Shown piece by piece: positions 15,811 to 31,149 of a DNA stretch of 64,000 nucleotides (position 1 is the stretch's first letter; the number at the start of each line of letters is the position of its first letter). The stretch is taken from assembly GCF_009914755.1 (NCBI RefSeq), contig NC_060935.1; one strand, 5' to 3'. The translations under genes and the position numbers were made by a program. Origin of the DNA: the human T2T-CHM13v2.0 reference genome, Homo sapiens. The notes below the pieces were generated by a model. It saw only the letters and a program-made list of their open reading frames with translations, was not told the origin of the DNA and made no database searches.

Positions 15811-16135
15811 ACCAACAATTAAGATGGCCTTGGTTCAGCATAATCCTGCCTCAGACCTGACCCCAGGAGAATAACTCTCTATTCCAGTGCAAGGCCCCAG
15901 GATGTTCCTGGGTTTTGGCCTATGCTTCACAAACAGCCTTTGCAGTAGTGGTGGTTTCTGACAGAACCAACTTTCTCAGAGTGTGTTCAAAGGAAACTTC
16001 ATTCTCACTGGCATACTCCAATAGATGTATGACTTGCAGAATTTGCCATATGATGTGACCCCAGTCTAGGGCCAGCTATTGGGAACTTCTTCAGCAAGTT
16101 CTCATTCAAATGCATACACAGAAATCTCGGTTTCA

Positions 16136-16347
16136 CAATGAGAACACATGGACACAGGGAGGGGAACAACACACGTCGGGGCCTGTTAGGGGATGCAAGG
16201 GGAGGGAGAGCATCAGGACAAATAGCTAATGCATGCAGGGCTTAATAACTAGGTGACAGGTTGATAGGTGCAGCAAACCACTATGGCACACGTTTATCCA
16301 TATAACAAACCTGCACATTCTGCACATGCATCCCAGAACTTAAAAAG
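16136..16347 (+). mobile_element. Short L1 3'UTR insertion (L1PA11-13-like) in the MARK2 pseudogene
   Basis: CAATGAGAACACATGGACACAGGGAGGGG...CCAGAACTTAAAAAG; ~16-bp TSD AGAAATCTCGGTTTCA (16120-16135) / AGGAATCTCAGTTTCA (16348-16363). Confidence 0.9.
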
Positions 16348-16910
16348 AGGAATCTCAGTTTCAGGTTTGCTTGAAACAACCTGAAATAACCAGAAACCAA
16401 AGACCAAGTGAAGATATGGTCTTATGTGGTGGGCAGCCAAGGCAATGATAAAGAGAAATAATTTCTCAAGGCCAAAATGTGTCCACCACACTTTCCATGG
16501 AGAATGAAGATCATGAGCACCATGGAACCTAAGGTGGAGAAGGTGCAGTAGGTAAACGGCAGTGTGTGAAATGTACAAGGAGTATGTGCCATTTTGCATG
16601 CAGGGCTTGCTGGGCCAAAGGCACTTCATGCAATGGAAGGTGGAGGTGTGTAAACTGCCCTGGTGATCTCTCTGCAGAGTTCAATTAAAGCAGGTATCAA
16701 GCACTTTCATGGCAAAAAAGGAGTGGAATCTTTAAAAGCCTTCCAGTATCCTCCTGGGAGACAGGAGGGGGCAGCTGGCATAGCTGCCAAGCCTGCCATT
16801 CAGTCCCTACCTGGGAGAAACTGTATGGATTAAATTGATGGGCTTCCTCCAGGGGCACTTCTCTCCTCTCTGCCCTCCTCTTTCATGTCTGTGAGGGAGA
16901 GAAAATGGTT

Positions 16911-17308
16911 TTGTAGAAATAAACATAGTGCAAATGAAAACAGGCTACCTAGTCAAAGTTGCTGGAGCAAGGTAGTCAGAGCCCATCACTTGCCTTTGGC
17001 AGAGATTCCAATGTAGGCAGGGCAGTAGGAAAGCTTTATATTAAAAGAGGAAGGCTTCGGAACTCATCGGAAGCTGTTGGCATGAGGAACCTGGGGCTTC
17101 TTATATGATTGGTATGTGGAGCATATTTGAGTTTTTCTGGTTGCCTCAAGTTGGGAAGGGTTTGAGAAGACAAGAGCAAAAAATTAGACCACTGGCAGTT
17201 ATTGACCAAGTTCTGACTTTTCTAGGTCAATTACTTGCACAGGTTGTAGTTTAGCTGCCTAGACTTATTGCTGCGGGTATGGTGAATCAGACTATGTTGA
17301 GTCCCTCA
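16911..17308 (-). mobile_element. ERV1-type solo LTR (MER67-like) in the pseudogene 3'UTR
   Basis: TG...CA ends (TGTAGAAATAA...GAGTCCCTCA); CATCACTTGCCTTTGGCAGAGA...GAAAGCTTTATA, GATTGG, GGAGCATATTTG; UTR-like sequence resumes after it. Confidence 0.6.
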
Positions 17309-18190
17309 ATTCTTTACCTGCGCAGAAATCTACTTTTCTTTCCTCTTACTAAAAGGAGGCAAAAGAAAGGAAGGTAGAGTGGGTAAAGACAGAACACTCC
17401 TTGAATAATGCAGGTGCACAGAATTTTCCACCTAAAGTAGATGTTTTTTAATTATCAAAGAAAAAGAAAAAAATATTCTGTGGCCACCTTTCCTCCCTGT
17501 CCCATTGAAACAGTAGAGATGGCTTATGAGGTTTCCCAGGAAGGTGGCTCATGGCTTGGAACACTCTCAGGCTGGAGTGATGGAGCTCCCTGTTAGGCCT
17601 TCCCAAGGTGTACCTTTACCCTCTCCTCTCCTTTACCTTCTCCTCTCCTTTCTCCTTTCCAAGGTGCTTCACCCTCTCCTCTCCTTTCTCTTTTCCAAGG
17701 GAACCCAGAGGTGGCCTGCTCCTGGGCTCAGGCTCCTGGACTTAAAGCCTGGTTGGCTGTGGCTGGGTATAGGGTAGCCCAGGGTAGGTGGGACTAGTGG
17801 GACTCACTCTTGGGCTGCAGAGATGGGGGTGACGGGCTTTGGCCTCCCTCTATGCTGAACCCTCTTTCCTCACTCCTTCCATGGAGCTGGGCATTTCCTC
17901 CTGCAAGCTTCTGTGCAGGAGGTATTTGCTCCCCTCAAGAATGCATGCCATGCTTCCTCTGTCAACCTCATGGAAAGAAGGAAGGGAGGGGAGGGTACTA
18001 CAGGGGCATTCAGCTTCTCATGTCATAGTAATCCCATATCATCATGCATCTGATAATTTTTAAAGTTTATTGTGGTCATTTTACATTAAAAAATAATAAA
18101 AGTTAAGCAGTAGATTTTGAGGTTATTAGGGACGTAATATCTTTAATCACTCTTTTAGGACCTTGGTATTTAATCACCAGTAAGCAATAG

Positions 18191-18415
18191 CTTCAAAGTT
18201 TTGAGATCATCAAGGGACAGATATCTTTATTCTTACCAGAAATTGCTTTAAGTAGAGTAGAGGTATTGTTGCAGCTTCAGAAAGTCTCACTTCACCTCTG
18301 GCTTCACTCCAAATTTTTGAGACCACCTAAGGACAGATATCTTTGTTCTTAGCAGAAATTGCATTAACTAGGGATATTGTTGCAGTTTCAGGTAGTCTCG
18401 CTTCACCTCTGGCTT
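18191..18415. repeat. Diverged tandem duplication, ~115-bp unit x2
   Basis: GGACAGATATCTTT(A/G)TTCTTA(C/G)CAGAAATTGC...TATTGTTGCAG...CTTCACCTCTGGCTT occurs twice (units start ~18191 and ~18307). Confidence 0.85.
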
Positions 18416-19719
18416 TGGATGTTTGAAGGTGACTTAAAGCATCTTTTTTGTGGAGTGCAAGTTTCCTAGATCTTGAACTTGCTAGACTGAGACTAAGAGA
18501 TACCAGGTCTGCAAGTCCATAAAATTTTAAGAGCACAAAACCACAAGATTCAGAGAAAATGAGAACTCAAGCCTGTGAAACTGCAAAAGAGCAGCCCGTA
18601 AGAATGCAGGAGTGTGGTATCACCATGAGACTGGGAGACCACAAGACTGCAAGGCCGTGGGACTGGCATTATCAGACATTGAAATTGGGAGACCGAGACT
18701 GCAGATCTCTTTCTGCTTTCCAGCTATGCTTTCAGTCTCTGCTTACTCAGCAAAGTTTCACTGTAAAGGAATTCCTCATTATGGAGAATTGCCTTTGCAT
18801 TTGAGTCTTCTTTAGATTCAAATTTGAAACACCAGCTTGCAGGCTTGTCAACATTTTGAGAGATTTACTTCTGAGCAAAGAATTCCCTGACAAGCTCAAT
18901 CCTCCACCTGATCTGTTCCCAGCCTCAGCAATTGGCCCTGTTTGTGAATGCATCTTCTGTTATCACCCATGGAGCACTTACCTCTCAAGAGTTAAGATTT
19001 CTTAGACTCCTTCATGTCCACAATTATCAAATGCCTTTGAGGAAAAAGTATGTATTTATGCTTTAGTAAGAAATTCTAGTTGTTTGGGAGGTAATGAAAT
19101 CCTTATCTTCTCCATCTTAACTAAAAGTAAAAATTCCAACTTGATTTCTGGTAGCTTTAGGAAAAACTCTGTCACATCTATGGCTTCAGCAGTGAGTAAG
19201 TGGTCAGGGATATATTTGGGTAACAATCTCTTAGTTTTGGAGAAATTACAACCCTTACCCAAACAGAAAGAGGGCAGGGGTTGGCAGTGTGGGTCATGGA
19301 TTAGAGTTTTTTGGCAATCTCATTGTTGCAGAAGCTCTCTCTTAAATCCCTGTCTTGAATCAACACCTGGGAAAAGAAACCGAATCCATGTACAACAGTG
19401 GGGAGAGGTGGTGGGTTTAGGATAGACCCTGGCTGTCTTCCAAAGAGATAACAAACTGAGACCACTTTTATGATAAATGTCATGGTGCTTTTGCAAAAAA
19501 GATCTCTGTTATTAAAAATTATACACCTCCTTTTGTTTCAGAGTTAGTTGGCTGGGATTGATTTTTTTTCTGTTACTATAAACATAAAATAAAATAAAAT
19601 ATGAACCCATGTAATCTGAAGACTTTCTAAAGAAATCCTTTAGTAGTCAGTGCCAACATTAAATGTAAATCAACTTATTTCACTCCACTGCACTTCAGAA
19701 ACCAATTTCAATTTCTCTC

Positions 19720-20164
19720 ACATTACAAGCCAAGAACTTTATGATGACAAACATAGTTTGGGGTAGAATCTCCCTGAGCCTCTTCTCCAAGCTCACATCT
19801 TACAGTTCTGCCATTGTAGCCTACCTCCTACTATTACTTAACAGGCCAGACTTTCACATGGAGTGTTCCCTCTCCCGTTGCCACAGATTTCCATATGGCC
19901 AATTTCTTAGTCTTTGCCCACATGTCATGCTCTCCATAAACATTCCTATTTATAAGCCCATTGACTTGGTACCATCTCCTTTAAGAGCATTTATTACCAT
20001 CGAATATCCTATATATGTTACTTGTTTTGTTTATTATTTATTTCCTGTTTCCCCAACTCCCCCTAAAATGAGAGTCCAATAATAAAAGAAATCTTAGTCT
20101 TTTTGATTCACTAGTGTATCCTAAGGGCTCAGACGAATGCCTAGCCAGTAGCAATAACTCAATA
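19720..20164 (+). mobile_element. L2 LINE 3' end, cut by Tigger3 insertion
   Basis: ...TTCACTAGTGTATCCTAAGGGCTCAGACGAATGCCTAGCCAGTAGCAATAACTCAATA matches the L2 tail; Tigger3 begins right after the TA. Confidence 0.6.
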
Positions 20165-21404
20165 CAGTCACGCATCACTTAACATTGAAGATAGATTCTG
20201 AGAAATGTGTCATTAGGTGATTTTTTCATTGTGTAAATATAGAGTGTACTTACACAATCCTATATAGTATAGCCTACTACACAGTTAGGTTATATGGTAT
20301 AAACAACTACACATCTAGGCTATATGCTTTAACCTACTACACACCTAGACTATATGGTTTAGCTTACTGTATACCTAGATTATGTGGTGTAGACTACTAC
20401 ACACCTAGGCTATATAGTTTAGCCTACTCCTCACCTAGGCTGCATGGGATAGTCTATTATATACCTAGATTATATGGTTTAGCTTACCACACACCTAGGC
20501 TATATGGTTTAGACTATTAAACACCTAGACTACATGGTTTAGCTTATTATACACCTAGATCATATGGTATAACCCATTACACACCTAGGCTATATGGCTT
20601 ATCCTACTACACACATAAGCTATATGGTTTAGCTTATTACACACCTAGATTATAAGGTGTGGCCTACTATACACCTAGGCTATATGGTTTATCCTACTAC
20701 ACACATAGGCTATATGATTTAGCTTATTACCCACCTAGGTTATATGGTGTAGCCTACTATACACCCAGGATACATGGTTTATCCTACTACATACCTAGGC
20801 TATATAGATAAGCTTATTACACACCTAGGCTATATGGTGTAGCCTATGACACACCTAGGGTATACAGTTTATTTTACTACACACCTAGGCTACATGGTAT
20901 AGCTTAATACACACCTAGGTTATATGGTATAGCCTACTAGGCTATATGGCTTAGCTTACTATATACCTACATTATATAGCATAGACTACTATACACCAAG
21001 GCTATATTGTATAGCCTTCTACACATCTATGTTATAGTAGCCTACCACACACCTAGGCTATATGGTTTATCCTATTACATACCTAAGCTATATGGTTAAG
21101 CCTACTATATGCCTAGATTATATAGTAAAACATACTATACACCTAGGTTTAGCTTACTACACAGCTAGTTTATTTCATATAGCCTACTACACACCTAGTT
21201 TATATGGTATAAATGATTGCACAATGAGGCTATATGGTTTAGCTTAATACATACCTAGATCATATGGTATAGCCTACCACACAGCTAGATTATATGGTAT
21301 AGCCTATTGCTCCTAGGCTACAAACCTGTACAGTGCTGAATATTGTAGGTAATTTTAATATAGTGGTATGTGTTTATCAAAACAAATCTAAACATAGAAA
21401 AGGT
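20165..21404 (+). mobile_element. Tigger3 (MER7/Golem-type) DNA transposon with internal minisatellite; right end missing
   Basis: TA then CAGTCACGCATCACTTAAC...TTCTGAGAAATGTGTCATTAGGTGATTT; after the array GCCTATTGCTCCTAGGCTACAAACCTGTACAG...AAACATAGAAAAGGT; colinear with the reverse complement of 46761-47105. Confidence 0.9.
20261..21305. repeat. 30-bp minisatellite, ~35 copies, consensus ACACCTAGGCTATATGGT(A/T)TAGC(C/T)TACTAC
   Basis: Exact 30-bp phase over 22 units (20281-20937), then ~13 further units with small deletions. Confidence 0.95.
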
Positions 21405-24610
<3,206 letters not shown>

Positions 24611-25150
24611 AGAATTGAGAGTGCAGAAATAAGCTCATATATATGTATGAACAACTGATTTTTGACAAGGGTGTTTGGACCAAAAAGCGTGAAGAATAAA
24701 AGAAAAATAGATAATTTTTACTTCAATAAAATTAAAACACTTGTGTTTAAAAGGACACTATCAAGAAAGTGAAAATTCAGAGAAAATATTTGCACATCCT
24801 ATACCTAAGGAACATGTATCTAGAATAGATAAGGACTTCTTCAAACTCAATAATAAAAAGACAACTCAATTTTTTAAATGGGCAAAGGATCTGAATGGTT
24901 ATTTTTCCAAAGGAGATATACAAATGACTAATAAACACATGAAGAGGTACTCTATGTGACTAGTCATCAGGACAATGATCAAAGCCACAATGAAATATCA
25001 CCTTATCACCTCACAACTATCAGGCAGCTAGAATCAGAAAGTCAGATAACAACAAGTCTAGTGAGGATGTGGAGAAAATAGAACTCATTCATTTCTGGTG
25101 AGAATGTAAAATATAGTAATGTAATTTATTAAGAATAGTTGGAGTATGGG
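24611..25150 (+). mobile_element. Old L1M ORF2 3' fragment
   Basis: AGAATTGAGAGTGCAGAAATAAGCTC...AACTGATTTTTGACAAGGGTG; FFKWAKDLNGYFSKGDIQMTNKHMKRYS. Confidence 0.75.
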
Positions 25151-26096
25151 AGTACTAAGGACCTTCCAGACATAGTGCAAGTTAATCTGCAGGACTTGAC
25201 TACTCTGGGATAATGTGTGTCTTCTGTTTGAAAGAGATGTTTGAATTGACATCTGAAGGATGATTACCATTAACTTGGTAAAGGAGAGGAAGACCATTTC
25301 AAGCAAAGGGTATTATTTGCATAAATACCCTGAGCATGAAATGAAAATGATGCATTGGATAGGCAGAAGAGGGAGCTTGCTTGGTTGAAAAGCAGTAAGT
25401 AAAGTTACAAATGGCTGATGTAAGGCTTGTAGTACAGACAGGAAGCAGATTGTGTAAAACTTGGTGCTTTATATTAAATAGTGCTTTTAAATCTGATTTA
25501 CTTTCCATACTGATATGCAATACTTCTCTAACTCCTTCAACCATGATTGATTAACCCATTCTTATTGACCTATGTGGAGAGGATGCATTTGAAGTGCAAT
25601 ATTTTAACTCAGACGGTTTCAAAGGATTGTAATTTTATTATTTTTAAACTTAGAAGTTACAAATGCTCACATAGTGCTTCTTATACTCCTAGAGAGATGT
25701 TTAATGGAGTGGATGAGGCTCATCAGTAATTAGCAGCTTTGCATATAATTAGTCCTTTGATGCCTTATAAACCAGTTTCTCTCTTAAGTAAACTTCAGAG
25801 TTATGTTTACATTTTCAATTATTTTTTCCGAAAGAACATATTTCACAAAAGGAGTGAGTTGAAAGGATTTTACCAGCATCATTTTGCTCCTTTGGGAGAT
25901 TCTAAATGCATATGCAAAATCTTCTGGAAGAGAATCTGTTTTGATCAGAAATCAGTGACTGAGGAAGCCTCCCTGAGGTTTTAGACACACACACACACAC
26001 ACAGCATGAAGAGATTTTCAACAAGGCAAAAATACAAATGTTGGGATCGGGACAATCAGGGAAGAAATACAATGACCTCTTTAAAGCAAGTGAAGG

Positions 26097-26099
<3 letters not shown>

Positions 26100-26167
<68 letters not shown>
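26100..26167. repeat. Compound (TA)n(CA)n microsatellite
   Basis: About 22 TA units followed by about 11 CA units. Confidence 0.95.
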
Positions 26168-29100
26168 TATATTTAAATCAAATGAAAGAAATATATTTAA
26201 TATATATTGAAAATACATATATAGAAAAAACAGGAAATAAGTAGCCGTAGGCAGACCTTTCAAAGACAAGTAATTTATTTATATACATACATAAAAACAT
26301 ATAATTTATGTTATAAAATTATATATGAATGTATATTTTTAAATTATATAAAATTATATGTAAATATATATTTTCTAATATAATTATATATTTTATATAA
26401 TTAAATATATATTTTTTTCTTCACTTAATTTAAAGAGGTCCTTGTATTTCTGCCCTGATCCCAAAATTAGTATTTTCTCCATGTTGGAAATTTCTTTATG
26501 CTCTCTGTACCCTAATTATATTTAGTGCTACACAATGGGGACAGGAAAGGGAAATGGGAGAGTTGTAAACAAAAATATGAAACCAAAATCAAAAAATGTG
26601 CTGGTTTCTCATACTTGCTCCCCAATCAAATGGTAAAATGTATGTGATTGTATATGAGGGAGGCATGGATGTATAAGATTCGTGGACATAAAGCTGTTGA
26701 ATTTGAGTATTTTTGTGTTTTTGTGATTTTACATTTGAATCATTGTGAGAGATGTGAATGTATGTGATGTGTATATAAACTTGTTCATAAAACTAGTAAC
26801 CTGAGACTTTTCTGGTCTATATATTCGAAGTCATTTTTTCTTTGGATGTCTGCCTGTGAGCAGCTTGTGAAATGGAGACTAAATTACTTGTCTTTGAAAT
26901 GCCTGCCTACAGCTACTTATTTCCTTTTTTTTTATTGTTACTGGTCAACCTGTTAGTCAATTAACAACATTTATTGATTTTAACATGCTAAGCAGAAAGA
27001 GGTGCTAACTATAGAGACAGTGGCTTTAGAGAACTCATAGAAATAAAGAGAAATAGCAGGAATTAAATGGCTAAATATAGTCTAGTCTCTTGAATAAACA
27101 AATGACAATAGTTCTTTTTAAGAGCACTCAAGAATAAAAAGATGATATAGAACAGAGCCTTTGCAGAAAGGGTTATGATTCCTATTTTTCTGTGTCTCAT
27201 CTTATGGGCTTCAAATGTCAAAATGTTGTTGGTAGGTTGGTTGGTTTTAATTTGGAGCCATTGGACATCTCATAAACTCCCATTCTCTAGTGAATACTGT
27301 TGAATACTGTTGAATATGACTTTTATGGGCCAATTCTTTTACTACTTGGCAATCTCAGTTATACATAAAGAAAGAAAAAACATAAGAAGTGAATGAAAGG
27401 AAGAAGAGGTGGACCCAGAAAAGAAAGGCCCCAAAGGACAGTCAAAATACAAGAGCACTGGAGTAGGAAGCTAGAGGCCTAAATTCTAGTAATTACTTGG
27501 CCATTAAGTAGTATATGCAACTATATCTTCTAACCTTACTGTTAGTGGACTTAAGTGGTTGCCCTAAGTTTTCAGAATGTGTTCTGTGGTAGTACTTCAC
27601 AGGTCACCCTGGAGGATAAGAGATAGGATTGTTACCTATTTTATGATATACATTTAATTAGGAAAAGACTCTGGCCCTAATAGCAGCATGAAAATTATTG
27701 GATAGAGTATTCTCTCATACCCTTCCTTGTTGAAAAATTCTCAAAATTCAGCACTCAACTAGGAAGATTGGACCTGCTAGGTTGTGGCTTCTGGAAACTA
27801 CAAAGCGGCACTGTCATTTGAGCACAGACTGGTCTCTTGAAGGTAGCAGTTTTCTCTCACAGTATTTAGAAATTCAGAGAGAATGATATGTTTAAAGACC
27901 ACAGAGAGATATTTTAAAGATTTCAGTAATCTCTGACTACAAAGTGTTCTTTTTCCAGTGTAGTCTTGTTTGGGGAGCTTCCACATTCAGCAAGAGTGTC
28001 AGAAAGCCATACTATAATGTGCCTAGAGAGGAAATTAATAGCAACATGGTGAGGACTCACTGCAAGAACCATAAGGGAAGTATATACTAGTTAAAGTAAA
28101 CGCTGACAGATATAACAGATATGCCTCCAAAATCTCCGTGGATTAATGAAATAGAAGTTTATGTTGCTAACGTAAAGTCTAGAAAATGCATTTCTGATCA
28201 AAAGATTGTTCTCTACCAAGAGGTCATTTAGGGATAAAATGTCTTTCCATTTTCCAACTCTGCTGTCTTCAGTCTACAGCTTCCCAGGTCACTGTGCTCA
28301 TCAGGAGAGAATGAAGTTGTCATGTGGGAAGTTTCTATGAATCAGTCCTGGAACCAATATACATCTCTTCTGCTCACATTCTGCACTAATCTGTCACGTG
28401 ACCATTTGATTACTGCAGGGCATACTGGGAGAGATAATCTGTGTGACTAGGAGAAAAAAAAAAGAGTTCAGAAGCCAGACTATGCTTCATAGCACTAAAT
28501 CATCAGAAGACCTCTATAACATAGATTCCATTATTATGTCCCGTCTGTAGCTGAGAATATGGGACCAAAAAGAAATTAAATAGTAAGTTCCAAATATGGG
28601 ATTTGAATCCATTTCCCAATACTGCCAAAAATACTTTTCCCAATAAAGCATGGAAAATTCAATATAATTCAGAAGGCCCTTCTCCCCACCTTCAATGCTT
28701 CATTCTTTGTAAATTACTGAATACTCTACTCTATATGTTAGAATTCTTTGCTTTTCTGCAAATCTAGTTGAAACTGGGTAGAGGGAAAGTGGCAACATAG
28801 TTAAGACATAATAGAAAGCTACAAAACAAAAGAGATGCAAACGTTACATTATGGTCAAAAATGTAAAACACACATAGAAGATGACTGGAAAGAAATATGC
28901 TCAAAAGATCAATCGAAGCTGCTCTGTGGGATGGCAATATGGAAACACTTTATATCTTAATACAATTTACTTTCCTATATTGTTTTAATTTCGAAAATTG
29001 ATACGTTTGCATTTATAATAAAACATTCATTATAAAAAGAAAGGGTGCACTGGCACAAGGTCACTGTAGTTTGATGGTGATGGGAGAAGCAGCATTTGCC

Positions 29101-30049
29101 AAGTCCATTACCATTTCCCTCAGTGAATAAGACATGAATGGACCCTGCTCTCACAATGGCACACAGCAGTCCTATGGGGAAGAGGGAGGACAGCAAAGGC
29201 CCTGATTGGGTTTCTCTTGACATCTGCTTATTTATTGCTGAAAACTCCATTTACCAGTTACCAGATACAATTGTGCACACCAGGAGGTCACGATTAACGA
29301 TTTAAGCTCCTTTAATTTGTGTTTCTAATTATTATAATTTGGATGCTTTAAAAACATAGAGTATCTAATAACGTGTTGCATCACAATTCCCAGAACTGGA
29401 AAAATTTAATCAACTATCATGGTCCAACTCCTCTGTAGAAGTTACTCCAGTGACTTAGCTTTACATGTCAACCTCATCTGTGCAGAAATTCTGCTTTTTG
29501 AGTCCCTGTAAAAGAGACTGTGATCCAAATGACTCTACACCAACCCAAATGGGCACTGGATTAAGAGCCTATGGAACTGCCTGACCAGAGACTAATAGGT
29601 TTTTATCTCTTGAGAACCCAAACAAAGCAAGAGGACTGCAGTCAGTCAGTTGCTGCTGGATGTGGAAAATGTACGATTGTAAAGCATTGTGAATGCTAAT
29701 GGTGTCGTAGAAACCAAGGACCAAGAAGAGGTTGATGTTATGGGAGTAAGATCTAAGACTCCTGCCTAAAAGTCAATCCTTAGAGAGACAAGATGGAAGC
29801 AGCTGCACAGCAGAGATGAGAAAGAATTATGGCACCCAGCAGGATTGAGTCAGAGAGAGAAAGAGGAGCAGTCTGATACCTCCCTGAGTCCTAGGGGACT
29901 CCCTCCAGTTTGCTTCCATGATGTATCACTGAACCTATACAACTTGCCCCCTAAAAAAAGGGGGCAGTGAGTGATCTAGGAAGCCTGTTGCAGTGAAACA
30001 CACAGCACTAGTTCAGAAATCTCTCTAGAATCACATTTCTCCAAATAAA

Positions 30050-30850
30050 TTTGTTACTTTTACAGCTTTATTTGAGGTATACTATACAAAACATAGAATA
30101 CAACACACAGCATATATTTAAAGTGAACAACTTTGTAAGTTTTGACATAAGTATTTACCTAGGCAACTATCACGATAATCAAGATAATGAATGTATCCAG
30201 CACCATCCAAAATCTATTTTTGCCTCTTTGTGATATCTCATTCCCAATCCTCCCTACCTCTTCCTCTCTTCAGGCACCAATTGATCTAATTTCCATCACT
30301 AGAAATTAGTTTTAATTTTCTAGATTTTTAAGTAAATGGAATCATATAGTAGTTGCTTTGATTCATTGCTCTAGTTTCTTTTGCTCAGCATAATTATTTT
30401 GAGATGCACCAATGTTGTAGCATGAGTCCATAGTTTATTACTTTTTATTGCTGAGGAGTATCCCATTATACAGATAAACCACATCTTAAGAAATTGATTC
30501 ATATTTTGAAGGACTTTTGAGGTATTTTTATTTGGGAATATTAAAAATAAGGCTGCTATGAACATTTGTGTACAATGTTTTGTTTGAACATAATCTTTTA
30601 TTCTATTTATTTTTTCTTGATAAATTTCTAGAGGTGGAACTCCACATCATAAGATAGGTATATGTTGAACTTCTTGAAATGATCAAACTCTTTTACAAAG
30701 TTTTGTGCCATTTATATTCCTCCCCAGGAATATATGAGAGTTCCGTTTTCTTCACATTCCACAAACACTTGGTTTGGTTATCTTTTTCTTTTAATTTTAG
30801 CCATTTTAGTAATACTACATTGTGGTTTTAATTCCACTTACCTAAAGGTA
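30050..30850 (-). mobile_element. Old L1M (L1MB-like) 3' end
   Basis: ACAGCTTTATTTGAGGTATA...AAATGGAATCATATAGTA...CTCAGCATAATTATTTTGAGAT; minus-strand MFIAALFLIFPN. Confidence 0.8.
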
Positions 30851-30860
30851 AGTAGATATC

Positions 30861-30893
30861 AGATAGATAGATAGATAGATAGATAGAAGATAG
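30861..30893. repeat. (AGAT)n tetranucleotide microsatellite
   Basis: AGATAGATAG... about 6 perfect units plus a variant. Confidence 0.9.
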
Positions 30894-31149
30894 AGAAAGG
30901 CGGTAGTTTCCCAGTTATGTGCCTATGTAACACTTATCAAATTGTCTACCTTAAATATGTAGACTTTTTCAAGTTCAGTTATGCCTTATTAAAGCAGTGA
31001 AAAAAAAGTAAAAGCAATATCTGGGGGAATGTGATTCTAAAATATATCTTTATACAAATATTTTCTAGATTCCGCTATGCTGATTTACTTTTATACAAAT
31101 TTGTTATACTAAATGCATACTGTGTTTCTGGCTGTAGCTTTAAGTTTTG

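Larger units (their letters stand above)
14378..18020 (+). pseudogene. MARK2: Processed pseudogene of MARK2 (PAR-1b kinase): 5'-truncated CDS 14378-16735 plus 3'UTR-like sequence (symbol given is the parent gene)
   Basis: Hand translation from 14402: [144 protein letters not shown]. Then UBA-like [22 protein letters not shown], spacer STNTNQSRNLQLLERASLG, and KA1-like FMQWKVEVCKLPW*SLCRVQLKQVSSTFMAKKEWNL* (TAA at 16733-16735). These match MARK2-specific text from memory ([22 protein letters not shown]; [19 protein letters not shown]). No introns; multiple stops and frameshifts. The 3' limit is approximate. Confidence 0.93.

Noticed and set aside
20261-21305. CRISPR-like look: regular ~30-bp palindromic repeats
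   Set aside because: No unique spacers (the linker is the same CTACACACC each time), no cas genes, primate context, and the unit derives from Tigger3.
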